Source: Eledone cirrhosa (lineage: Eukaryota). Taken from it: a stretch of 64,000 bases of DNA. The notes below the pieces were generated by a model. That model saw only the letters and a program-made list of their open reading frames with translations. It was not told where the DNA came from and did no database searches. Positions 18,776 to 31,287 of the stretch are shown here, piece after piece; position 1 is the first letter of the stretch, and each line of letters opens with the position of its first letter. The DNA lies in NCBI GenBank assembly GCA_964016885.1, contig OZ024760.1, forward strand, positions 27,900,001 to 27,964,000. Reading direction: 5' to 3'. The position numbers and the translations under genes are program-made.

Positions 18776-20196
18776 TACTTGATCACATGAATGTCTATTT
18801 TTGTTAATATTTTGAATTAATATATATATATATATATGAAAACAGGGAGAAAAAGACGATTATTAGGAAGAAAAATATATTTTTTTTCCTTTTTATTTCT
18901 TTTTCTCTTTGTGTGAAGTGTGAAGTATTTTACTTTGTGTGAAGTGTTAAGGTTAATACCTTAACACTTGATTTATTTATTAATTAACAATGGCATTTAT
19001 TTATTTATATATTTAACAATAACAAAGCGGAGATCTATGAAAAATGGATTAACTCATCCCCATTAATCATCCCCCGCAAACTACAAATTAAATCCATCCC
19101 AAACGAACCCGAGACACAAAGACCCTCCCAGGGAAAGAATGGCACTTGATAACATAAAAACCGAAATTTAACTCCTTAAATTGAGAGCCCAAACAAATGA
19201 AGATAGGATCAAAGCAATCGACGATGAGATTAATCAAGCAAATATCAATAAAGACACCACCCTAGAAAATATTTCAAAATTATGGTTAGAGGACTGTAAT
19301 AAGGAAGAATTAAAATCCCTTCAACGCTGGGAAATAAACGTAACCTGGTTCTCTAAACACTTTTCCAAAAAGAACACACATCCAAGAACCCCTTCATAAT
19401 AACAAGAAAACTCAATCAACACCCAAACACCACACAACAACCAACAACAACAAAAAGCAATACCTCCCCACATACCAAAAAAGAAGGCATCACCTCGCCC
19501 CTACCTCCTACACCCACCACATAGCTACCACACGGATTCCCAAGCAACAAATATAGTAATAGAGAAACATCAGCTACAAGATAGACACTACAACTTCTCT
19601 CCCACCAGGAGAAACCATAGAACCTCCTACACTTACAACCCCCCTAACATCCCCACACAACAAACCCACAACCATCATTACTTTCAACATAGAACCCAAA
19701 ATACACAACTACGACACATGTCACATAGGGCCTCACAACCACACACCAACTATAAGGAAACCCTAATCTACCCTCCCCCACTAACCACATCCTACTACAA
19801 CAACACCAGCAGGGGACAATACAACCACACGAGACACCCTAACCACTACAACCACCATAACTACACACCATATAACAGCAACAGCAGGACTCAATATGAC
19901 CACACAAGACAACCCTACTACAACTACCACCAAGTCTACACACCCTACAACAACAGCAGTGCTCAACACAACCACACGATACAACCCAACTTCAACAACC
20001 AGCACAACTTCACACCCTATAACCACGTCCATCAAATCTACACACCCTACAACAACATCAGCACAGCTCAATACAACCACACGATACAACCTAACTTCAA
20101 CAACCACCACAGCTACACACCATCTAACAACAACAGCAGGGGCCAATACAACCATAAGAGACATCCAAACTTCAACAGCCACCACAACTTCCGTAA

Positions 20197-22484
20197 TCAT
20201 TTTTTAGACACAGCACACACACACAGGATAACAAGATAACACAAAACACACAGGAGACACAAAATGTAATAAAAATTGTTAATTTAACCTCTAAAGAATT
20301 AACAGACCAAATCAACATACCCTCCAAAGGTCTAAAATTTACACCAACTCCCCAACAACCAAACTACCCCGAAATGAAGGAAGATATTGCAGAATTCTGT
20401 AGAAAACTAAGACTCAGCGACAAATACAATGAGGATGACTCAATAGCCAGAAATAGAAGTAACTACACCCCACCAAAAGGCAAGAACAAATTCCTTGATC
20501 AATTCTGCGAACACATTACTAATTACCCATACCACCACCTACACAGACATAAACAAAAACCAAACCTAAGCAAAAAAGAATGGAATGATCTTAACAGTCT
20601 AAAAAACGACAAAACCCTAACAATCAAAGAGGCAGATAAAGGGAGTGCAGTAGTCCTTATGGGGACAGATTATTACACGACTCTAGTACTCTCAACTCTA
20701 GAAAACCAAACATATTATGAAAAGGCCCAACACTACACACAACAGAAAATAATGAGAAACCAAAAATCCCTAACAACCCTTTACAAAGAAGGCCTTACAG
20801 ACAAAGAATACAACTACATCACCAATTTCAAAAGCAGAACCAGCCTCTTCTACAGTATCCCCAAGACACACAAAAGCGAAGTAATAGGCAGCGCCTGCAA
20901 GCAAGCCACAGACATTTACATCAATATAGCCCCTCCTGATGACCTTAAATTAAGACCCATAATAGCAGGTACCACATGTGAAACCCACCGCCTAAGCAAC
21001 TTCCTAGATATTCTGCTTAACCTTTCCTAAAATAGGTAAAAAGCTTCATAAGGGACGACCTTGACATGCTCAACCACCTCCCAACAACACTCAATAATGA
21101 ACATACCCTACCTTTGATGTCATCAATTTATATTCCAATATCCCACACAACCTAGGTATAGAGGCAATACAATTCTGGATGGAAAATTTCCCTAGTGAAC
21201 TCCCACAGCGCATCCCTAAAGAATTTGTGTTGGAGGGACTCGAATTCATCTTGGAAAACAATTTCTTCGAATTCAATGCCAAATACTACAGTCAGATATC
21301 TGGGACTGCCATGGGCACGAAAGTGGCCCCCTCATACGCCAACCTTGTCCTGGGATATTTGGAAACCCCTCTCTACTGCAAAGTTCTAGACAAATACGGC
21401 AACCACTTCTACCAACACATAGAAAAGAACTGGAAGAGATATCTGGACGAGGGTTTCATCCTCTGGCATGAAAGTATAGATAGAGTGATTGAGTTTAAAA
21501 CCCTTCTGAATGGACTCAACACAAACTTACAATTCACAATGGATTACAGCCATGAACAACTCCCTTTCCTCGACATCCCCATCAAGAAAACAAACAACAA
21601 AATAGAAACAGACATTTACTACAAACCCACAGACTCCAAACAATACCTCTCATTCAACTCGTGCCACCCAAGACACACCAAAATGGCAATTCCTTATAAC
21701 CTAGCCAGAAGGATCTGCACAATAGTTTCAGATAAATACACATGCTACACACGACTAGAAGAATTAAAAAACACATTTATCAGCAGAAACTACCCATCAT
21801 CCCTAATCAACAATGGATTCCAACGTGCCCTAAAACTCGACATCCAGGAACTCAGACACCCCAAACCCAGGAATGAACCGCAACAGAAAACTCTACCATA
21901 CATCTCCACACACAACCCCTCAACAATGAAGCATTCGACACCATACTCCAGAACATCCCTTTACTAAAAAGAGACCCTCATAAAGAGCAAAAGACAACCT
22001 AAATCCATAAAAAACATCCTCACACAAGCCAAAATCCAACAAACCCCCACAATGAACCCTACAGTAACAAAATGCAGAAGGCCCAACTGTGGCATATGCA
22101 TAAATCTAATAGAAGGTTCAACATTCCATTTTAAACAAGGACAACGTTTCACAGTTAAACACAACTTTACATGTGCATCTGAAAACCTAATCTATGTTTT
22201 GACCTGCTCAGGTTGTCAAGAGCACTACATAGGACAGACAAAAAAACAGCCTCCGACAACGTATGGCCGTCCATAAATCACAAATCAAAATTCAAGAATA
22301 CAGAAAGATTGCGTTTAGTGAACATATAGCCAATTGTGCACCCAACCAACATCCAAACTTTAAAATTTTCCCCATTTACAAATTCATAGACAACGCTACT
22401 TTCATCCATCGTACCAATAAGGAAACGTATTTCATTAACAAATTCCAACCTCTACTTAATGCACTAAACTTCGGACTAAACTAA
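20197..22484 (+). pseudogene. Frameshifted PLE RT-GIY-YIG ORF
   Basis: Collinear fragments in ORFs 20374-21030, 21179-21967, 22052-22276, 22263-22484; conserved N-terminal IVNLTSKEL...SKGLKFTPTP lies upstream of the first ATG. Confidence 0.88.
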
Positions 22485-22892
22485 AACTGGAACGAACAAT
22501 CAAACATTTACAAATACCTATGTCTCTCTAAAGAGTTACCTCCCTTAAACCCTACCTAATCCCTTTTCTTAAATAAATTAAATATCATCCAGCATGTATT
22601 ACCTCCCCCTGCATATTAACTCTCTAAAAAGGGAAATCATATCAAACCCCAGTCCACTATTTGCCTCCATCATGGATCAACTATGCACTCTTGCTAACAC
22701 ATTTTGATCTGCTTATCTTCAAGAACTATGTCTGTAAATAACATTTTTTCTTTCACATTGCCTTATTATGCTCCACATTACGCTCCTTTTTTTTCTTTTC
22801 ACTTCATAAACCTTGTTTGTAAATAACATTATTCTTTCTGCACCATTTCTTTAACATGTCCAACACCACCATTCTACACCAATACATATTAT

Positions 22893-22935
22893 TATCATTT
22901 GATAATGCATGAAAATGCTGAAACCGGTAATAGAC
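22893..22935 (+). ncRNA. HHR variant with U3-A8 core (second copy on minus at 23385-23428)
   Basis: TTGATAA-TGCA(T)..(A)TGC-GAAAC CG GTA-ATAG; both copies share the double change; stem I is weak. Confidence 0.55.
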
Positions 22936-23124
22936 AATTATTAAATATATAAATAAATAAATAAATTCCATTTTTAATTAATAAATAAATCAACTAATAC
23001 GTTAACACTTTACACAAACTAAAATATTTCGTTTTAATCTTTTTCTAACTCAGAAAAAAGTGAGAAAGAAATAAAAAGGAAAAAAAAAAATTTTTCTTCC
23101 TAATAATCGTATTTTTCTCCCTGT

Positions 23125-23156
<32 letters not shown>

Positions 23157-23160
<4 letters not shown>

Positions 23161-23192
23161 ACAGGAAGAAAGAGACGATTATGAGGAAGAAA

Positions 23193-23235
<43 letters not shown>

Positions 23236-23665
23236 TCATTTTTTTTGTCTCTCTCTCTCTTTTTTCTGGGTTAGAAAATGATTAAAACGAAATGTTTAAC
23301 TTTGTGTGAAGTGTTAAGGTATTAGTTGATTTATTTATTATTTAACAATGGCATTTATTTATCTATTTATATATTTAATTATTGTCTATTACCGGTTTCT
23401 GCATTTATATGCATTATCAAATGATAGTGAAATGTATTAGTGTGGTGTCGCACATGTTAAACAGAAGGTGCAGAAAGAATAATGTTATATACAAACAAAG
23501 TTTAAGAAATGAAAAGAAAAAAGAAAAAGGAAAAGAAAACCGTGCATAATGTGGAACGTAAAAAGTCAATGTGGAAGAAAAGTTAATGTTATTTACAAGC
23601 ACAGTCATTGAAGTTAAGCAGTTCAAAATGCGTTAATATCGCAAGAGTGTTTAGTTGAACCATGG
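23157..23665 (-). mobile_element. Second, diverged 3'-end/pLTR fragment of the same Neptune-like family, tail-to-tail with the first across a (TA)n tract
   Basis: Reverse-complement similarity to 22670-23130, including the HHR-like motif. Confidence 0.85.
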
Positions 23666-23804
23666 TTCCGTGAAAATAACAGGAGGCTGGACTGGTGTAA
23701 ATCCTTGAAAAGTTTATTATACTATGATCATTTCAGGTATTCGAAATATAAATCACTGATTTTCGGACCCATGGATTTTTATATATTCCTTTGTGATATT
23801 TCTA

Positions 23805-23860
23805 ATACCTGATGATATCACCGGATTCATACGGAACCCGGTCATTGAAATGATCAAAGT
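23805..23860 (+). ncRNA. Degenerate HHR, C.C subclass
   Basis: ATAC-CTGATGA-TAT C ACCGG...CCGGT C ATT-GAAA TGATCA; the intact 3' half GAAATGATCATAGTAT is on minus at ~23719-23737. Confidence 0.6.
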
Positions 23861-24210
23861 TTCGTTCGTATTTTGAGATATCCTATTAAGGATAAATCTC
23901 GAGTATCGAACTCATCAGGAGACAAACTCAATAGGACAGTTAATTTTCCAAAGCGATCCCGCCAGAAATATATTCAAAAAATGGCTTGACGGTATATTTG
24001 GTCGGTTTCTACATGCTGTTGAAATGTTGGGTAAATACTCTATTGTGGTCTACCGCGAAGAGGCTACTTTCGGTTAATTATCAGATATTTCTTCATAGGA
24101 GCCTTTATTCTTATAGCCTGGTCTAATTGATTTTTTATATGGTTAATTATGCTAATTGGGAGAGGAAATAGTATATATATCTTGTCTAATGATTCTAAGG
24201 ACATGATTTA

Positions 24211-24261
<51 letters not shown>

Positions 24262-24319
24262 CACCCCCCCCACACACACACGCACCCCCCCATATATATA
24301 TATATATACATATATACAC

Positions 24320-25260
24320 AGAGTGTAGTGTTCATCAATACAACCCCTAGAGGTTAATTAGCTTACACATTTAGAAGGGCCCTAGATAAACTTAAACTTA
24401 ATATTAAGATAGTAGAAAGACCAGGTACCTCCATAAAAACACTTATTAGCAATACATACCCTTTTCAAAGCCCTCCCTGTATAGATAAGAAATGCATAAT
24501 CTGTAAACTAAGCCCTATATTAACTGTAAAACTAGAAATGTAGTATATAGCATAAGATGTACTGAAGGACAATGTAAAGATAAGAATATAGTGTACATAG
24601 GTGAGACAGTTCGTAGTATAGGAGAACGGTTAAATGAACACTGGCGAGAGCTTCTAGATAAAAAAGAATCATCAATACTCCATCAACATGCTAAAATAGA
24701 AGATAAGGGTAAATTAGAGGACATAGAAATAAAAATAGAATCTACACACAGAAAAGCCGCAATGTTTAGACAAATCACAGAGGCGATAAACATAAATGAA
24801 CTCCAACCAAAATTAAATAGAAAACATGAATGGAATAGCAACATCACAACTTACAATTAAGGACAAAATGAAAACACACACACACATAGAACAAACAACC
24901 AACTAGTAACATGTAAATAAACAAATAAATAAACAAATAAAAACACACACAGGCACCCGGATGTAACACATGCGCAAACTAAGCACACAACACACACAAA
25001 AACAAGATGGCGTAGGACAGAACAAAGGAGAGGCACAAAACAAAGAAAAGAATCCCCAGTCACTGAAGAGGTCACAGAATGTATGATGAAAGAACTTTGA
25101 CAATATATGAACAACCGTCCGGTTGTGGAACTAACCAAGCAACCGGAAATTTATAAATTCTTAAATTTATAAATTTAATTTATAATAAATTGGAGTAAAA
25201 GCAACTGGTGCGTGTGTTTCTTATTGGCAACATGACCCTCCCAAAGTATAACAATATCGG
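24320..25260 (+). mobile_element. 3' fragment of a relative of the 9262-11045 PLE family (GIY-YIG + 3' region + HHR)
   Basis: CKTRNVVYSIRCTEG...YIGETVRSIGERLNEH...RQITEA...LNRKHEW; shared tail ATGACCCTCCC(C)AA. Confidence 0.85.
25059..25101 (+). ncRNA. Minimal HHR variant (GAAAGAACUU); relatives at 9478-9518 (-), 46193-46231 (-), 46339-46376 (+)
   Basis: GTCA-CTGAAGA-G GTCA...TGAT-GAAAG AA CTT-TGAC; stem II is a different sequence (GTTGCA/TGCAAC) in the relatives but still pairs. Confidence 0.65.
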
Positions 25261-25327
25261 TTTCAACACACGTTTTCAGATAAAGAATCTTGCTAAATAA
25301 ATTCAGAAACGAAATACATATATATAT

Positions 25328-25392
<65 letters not shown>

Positions 25393-25393
25393 T

Positions 25394-25460
<67 letters not shown>

Positions 25461-25462
<2 letters not shown>

Positions 25463-28359
25463 AGGGTGTTAAAGTTTGCTTGAAGCATTGTGAAATGTGT
25501 AAAAATACGTATTTAAGAAAGCCACAACAATGCAAAGGGAAATCTCGAGGTAGGAAGTGAAATATAGATAGGAAAAACAGGTGAAAGTGAAAGTTGAGAG
25601 AGACAAAGATGAAAACAAAACAAAGGTAGAGATTTGGCTAACCGCCATCCAAAACAACACCGAGATCGATTACAACCCCACAACCCACCCCACACTCCCC
25701 ACGTATCACCTCGACAACCCACTCCACCCCCACCCACCAACCACGAACTTGACACAAAACTACTCAGGTTGAAACATTCTATCTCTAACATCCTTTCCCA
25801 ACACACACACACACACAATAAACGCAACCCCACCAATGCACAATTTAATACTCTCACCAACCTAAGATCCAGGAACCTTGTGTACCTTCCCTCTGACAAG
25901 GGGAAAGAATTCTGTGTCATCTCGAGAGAGACCTACAATAACTTAGCTCTCCAACATCTTAATGACCACAGCCTCTACTCGAAAGTCACAGGGACCTCCT
26001 CGACTCTAATCGAGGAAGGCATTAACACCATATGGACTAACATCTGTGTCCAACGAAAACTGCCAAAGAAGGTAAAAAACAACATAATGACTCGAAACAG
26101 CAAATTACCCACCTTCTACCACCTGGTCAAAACACATAAACAAGGACCCGATTTGAAAATCAGGCCCATTGTCTCTAGCGTGGAGGGCCCACTCTATAAA
26201 ATATCGTGGCTGCTCTCCACACTACTGAAACCTATTCTACACACACTACCAGCCCACGTCTGCAGCTCAAAGGAGGTCTTGGAGCGACTACACCATTTGG
26301 CGCCCAACACCAGAAAGGACAACGGTTATGCCTTCAGTCTTGATGTGGTCGCCCTTTATACCTCCGTACCAGCATCCCCAGCTGTCGACCTGTTGACCGA
26401 ACGAGTCCGAGCATCTAACTTACACTGCTTCGGACTCACACACACGGACATCCACCAACTCCTCTCCTTCGTTGTGGATAATGCACTCTTCATTTTCCTC
26501 GGCCACACGTACAAACAAATCTCTGGGCTACCTATGGGCTCTAGTCTGTCCGGCATACTTGCGATCTCGTACATGGACCATCTGGAACGCAAGGCACTCA
26601 ATACCTGCCAACCCAACGCCGTCGCCTTCTACTCCAGATACGTTGATGATATCCTGATACTTACTTCTTCCCGGGAGATGGCGAATGAAATTCACCAAAT
26701 CTTCAACGATACTGACCAACACATCGATTTCACCATCGAACACCCAGGAGAAGACGGGTCACTCGCCCTCCTCGACTTCCGTATCAACATCTCGGAAGAA
26801 GGAGACATAAACACCACTTTCTACCGCAAAGCAGCGTGCAAGGACTTATTTGTGCATTATAACTCAGCCCTCCCCAACAACGCTAAGAGAGGCTATGTCC
26901 TAAATGAACTGACACGGATCACTAACAGATGCAGCGACCCGATGGGTGGTCTCACCCATACCACGCAATTCCGTAATCTACTCAGATCTAATGGTTATCC
27001 CAAGCGACTGATTAACGGAATTAGAGACCCCAGACCCAGTAGACTGACACCCACTAGAAAACTTAATTTTAGCAGGTGCTTCTTTAAAATCCCCCACCTG
27101 AGTGAATATACCACGAACGCCATCCGCAGGGCCATACGGACGGAGGGACTTGACATACATTTGGCCCACACAGGACCTTCGCTGCGAAGATGCCTCTCCA
27201 ACAAACCCTACGAGGCAGATGGCACGTGTTCCCTCAGCAACTGCCCGATACGGGGGGCAGATTGCCTACGCACCTATGTCGTATATAAGATTCAATGCGA
27301 TAAATGTAACAAGTTTTACATAGGTAGCACCATCCGACCCCTACATGTTCGTATCAAGGAACATATCAACACCAACGCATCTTCCTTCCGTAAACATATC
27401 CTTAAATGCGGAAACCCACAAGGTAGACCCTTGGTCACAGTCCTAGCGACTGAACGCAGCATCGGATCCTTAAGGATAAAGGAAGCACTTGTTATTAAGA
27501 ACCTCAGACCCCCACTTAACAACCGGGCTGAGAGAAATGAGCTGACATGGCTAACTTAACCATAATGACCATTCACAGCCTACGGCCTGCTATCTTCACA
27601 CACACGCACGTATATGCATACCCATACGCATGCACACACACTTCTATATTTTACACGCACACATGTTTTTACAACCTACCACCTTTCACACCCTTTGATT
27701 TCCAGCTTCTACAGCCCACTATCTTTCACACACAAACGCACTCACACATATACACACACAGTTACACACACACATGTATACCCATACGCTTACACACACA
27801 CACATCTATATTTATACACGCACACATATTTTACAACCTACCACCTTTCACACCCTTTCATTTCCAACTTCTACAGCCCACTATCTTTCACACACACACA
27901 CACTCACAGATATACACACTTACACTTATACACACACAGTCACACACACATATATATTTACATACACATATCTTACGGCTTTCACACGCTAACGCACCCT
28001 CTTGATTTAACCCATTTGGTCAGTAGCTTTTGCCACAGCTTATCACGCGCACGCGCATTCTTTCCTTCGTTTAAATTTTAAATATTTTTCTCCCCATAAC
28101 GGCATTCCTGTCTTAACGACATCACCACTTTCTCCGCTTGGCCTGTTTTTCCCCCCTTTTGGAACTTTTCCCCCGTTGATGGGCGTGAGCCCGAAATATT
28201 GGGATTAAATCTCTACTACGGTAACCCTTCTACCTTTGTTTTGTTTTCATCTTTGTCTCTCTCAACTTTCACTTTCACCTGTTTTTCCTATCTATATTTC
28301 ACTTCCTACCTCGAGATTTCCCTTTGCATTGTTGTGGCTTTCTTAAATACGTATTTTTA
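25461..28359 (+). mobile_element. Penelope-like retroelement (Penelope/Poseidon-like), 5'-truncated, with inverted pLTR copy at the 5' end, inserted in (TA)n
   Basis: RT+GIY-YIG ORF; 131-bp inverted repeat 25500-25630 / 28229-28359; the left arm extends ~40 bp further to the (TA)n tract; degenerate HHR at 28169-28204. Confidence 0.93.
25634..27559 (+). CDS. PLE reverse transcriptase + C-terminal GIY-YIG endonuclease (uninterrupted 641-codon frame, no true ATG at 5' end)
   Basis: Motifs LPSDKG, PTFYHLVKTHK, IRPIVSS, SLDVVALYTSV, QISGLPMGSSLS, YSRYVDD, FYRK, VVYKIQCDKC...YIGST..L..RIKEH, E.L.I....P.LN. Confidence 0.93.
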   Translation: MANRHPKQHRDRLQPHNPPHTPHVSPRQPTPPPPTNHELDTKLLRLKHSISNILSQHTHTHNKRNPTNAQFNTLTNLRSRNLVYLPSDKGKEFCVISRETYNNLALQHLNDHSLYSKVTGTSSTLIEEGINTIWTNICVQRKLPKKVKNNIMTRNSKLPTFYHLVKTHKQGPDLKIRPIVSSVEGPLYKISWLLSTLLKPILHTLPAHVCSSKEVLERLHHLAPNTRKDNGYAFSLDVVALYTSVPASPAVDLLTERVRASNLHCFGLTHTDIHQLLSFVVDNALFIFLGHTYKQISGLPMGSSLSGILAISYMDHLERKALNTCQPNAVAFYSRYVDDILILTSSREMANEIHQIFNDTDQHIDFTIEHPGEDGSLALLDFRINISEEGDINTTFYRKAACKDLFVHYNSALPNNAKRGYVLNELTRITNRCSDPMGGLTHTTQFRNLLRSNGYPKRLINGIRDPRPSRLTPTRKLNFSRCFFKIPHLSEYTTNAIRRAIRTEGLDIHLAHTGPSLRRCLSNKPYEADGTCSLSNCPIRGADCLRTYVVYKIQCDKCNKFYIGSTIRPLHVRIKEHINTNASSFRKHILKCGNPQGRPLVTVLATERSIGSLRIKEALVIKNLRPPLNNRAERNELTWLT

Positions 28360-30017
28360 TATATATATATATATATATACATATTTATGCACACACAAAC
28401 ATATGTAGGTATTTATAGGTATATATATATATGTATGTATATGTATATATATTTCCTCCACTTCTTACTCTTTCCCTCACCTTACGAGTAATGGACCTGT
28501 CATTTTTCTCTAAACCCCCCCCTTTTTTTTCCATTTCCGCCCACCCTGTCTCCTCATTTTTTTCATTCTTTCTTTTGATGAAGGACTAGTGTCCGAAACG
28601 TTAAACTACAATAATTGTTTCCACTTTTGGCACAAGGCCATCAATTACCCAGTACATTACTGGTACTTTATTTTATCGACCCCGTAAGGATGAAAGGGAA
28701 AGTTAACCTCGGCGGGATTTGAACTCAGATCATAAAGGGCCGTAACTCTATGCGGCAAAACGTGGTGTCCGACGCTCTACTGATTCTGCCAATCCCCATA
28801 TACCTTTCATGTACTGTGCCTTTTGTTAATGTTGTTCTTTCTATTTACCTTTCACACACACAGACACACACATACTCACACAAACACACGCAAACGCACA
28901 CACACACACACTCACAGAGACATAATACACACACACACACTCACACACACATACACACACTCACAGAGAAATACACACACAGACACATACATACGCACAC
29001 AAACACAGACACATACAGACATACACACACACACACACAAACAAACTCACACACACACAGAAACACACGCAAACACACTCACACACACACATACAGACAC
29101 ACACACACACAGCCCCCCCCCCACACACACACAGACACTCACAAACACACCCACACACACACGTAAACACTCACACTCACACCAGACACACACACACACA
29201 CACACGTAAACACTCACACACAGACAGAGACACACACACACACTCACAAACACACCCACACACGCGTAAACACTCACAAACGCACCCAGACACACACACA
29301 CTCACAAACACCCCCCCCAACACACACACGCGTAAACACTCACACTCACACCCAGACACACACACAAGTAAACACTCACACTCACACCCAGACACACAGA
29401 CAGACACACACCCACACACACATACACGTAAACACTCCCAAACACACAGCCAGAGACACACACACACTCACACGTAAACACTCACACCCAGACACACACA
29501 CACACTCACAACCCCCCACACACACGTAAACACTCACACTCACACCCAGACACACAGACACACACACACTCACAAACACACCCACACACACACTCACGTA
29601 AACACTCACAAACACACCCAGACACGCAGACAGAGACACACACACACACTCACAAACACACCCAGACACGCAGACAGACACACACACACACACTCACAAA
29701 CACACCCAGACACGCAGACAGACAGACACACACACACTCACAAATACACCCACACTCACACCCAGACACACAGCCAGAGACACATATGGTAATGAAAGTG
29801 TTAATGTAACGGTCAGGTGGAAACAATTGTCACCTGTAATCAGTATATAGACGTGAAAATCTGAAAAGCTAGAAGCTACAATAGAAAGTTATTTCACCTA
29901 AACACACAGTTACCATGGTTACTGCAATCTAGTTATTTACTGCATGTTGATTGGTTGATATAAAACTTCTGCTAAATAAGCGGAAATATTTCTTGATAGA
30001 ATAAGTGTGTGTGTATG

Positions 30018-30122
<105 letters not shown>

Positions 30123-30176
30123 ATGTGTGTGTATGTATGTATGTATATATATATATATATATGTATATGTATGTAT

Positions 30177-30224
<48 letters not shown>

Positions 30225-30248
30225 ATATATATATATATATATATGTAA

Positions 30249-30288
<40 letters not shown>

Positions 30289-30470
30289 ACATATGTATAT
30301 GTATGTATATATATATATGTATATATATTTATATATATATATATGTACATATATATGTATATATATATAAATATATATAAATATATATATTTATATATAT
30401 AAATATATATAAATACATATATATGTATATATATATATGTGTATATATATATATGTATATATATATAAAT

Positions 30471-31287
30471 ATAAGTATGTATACGTACATACATATATGT
30501 ATACAGACGTACAGTAGTATGTATATATATATACATACATGTACACATATATCTGTACGTATGGATTCACCACACATTTATTATAATGCTCGGTGTGTTT
30601 GTAAACAAACATCCCGTATTAAGCCGCAGTCTATAGCAACGACCGTTGCTCGTTTGTTCAACACTGACAAAGGAACGCTCCACTAGTTTCAAGCTTGTTA
30701 GCTATCGTCAGCAACATATACCTTCCTGCCAGATAGTTGAACGTCCGAAAGTATATACTTTCCTTATGCATATTAACGGCTGAGCAGCCTAATTTGCATA
30801 TCGAGTGGGTTAATCGGCCGGGTGCACCGAAAACGATAAACGGAAAAAATGAAACGAAATTTCATTTCCCACTCTTAGTACGGCTGTTACTTAACTATAA
30901 GTATGTATACGTACATACATATGTGTATACAGACGTACAGTAGTATGTATATATATATATACATACATGCACACATATATATATGTACGTATGGATTCAC
31001 CAAACATTTATTATAATGCTCGGTGTGTTTGTAAACAAACATCCCGTATTAAGCCGCAGTGTCTAACAAGCTTGAAACTAGTACAGCGTTCCTTTGTCAG
31101 TGTCGAACAAACGAGCAACGGTGGTTGCTAGACTTAATACGGGATGTTTGTTTACAAACACACTGAGCATTATAATAAATGTTTGGTGAATCCATACGTA
31201 CATATATATATGTGTGCATGTATGTATATATATATACATACTACTGTACGTATGTATATATATATGTATGTACGTGTACATACTTAT
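30471..31287 (-). mobile_element. Second array of the ~421-bp HHR unit (about 1.4 units on minus, then an inverted partial unit from ~31066)
   Basis: Period ~426 bp; HHR at 30671-30727 on minus (GUG at the cleavage triplet); 3' half HHR on plus at 31066-31092. Confidence 0.8.

Larger units (their letters stand above)
18838..23130 (+). mobile_element. Near full-length degenerate Neptune-like PLE with inverted 3'-end copy at its 5' side
   Basis: RT fragments 20197-21967 (KEADKG, LRPIIAG, FDVINLYSNIP, GTAMGTKVAPSYANL, WKRYLDE, YYKPTD); Cys-rich linker and GIY-YIG 22052-22484 (NLIYVLTCSGC...YIGQT); 18838-19015 is largely the reverse complement of 22945-23130. Clade assignment is from motif recall. 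Confidence 0.88.

Noticed and set aside
31144-31287. N-terminal extension of the 321-aa RTE ORF
   Set aside because: Chance read-through from the non-coding tandem unit; real homology starts near EMKNKWW.
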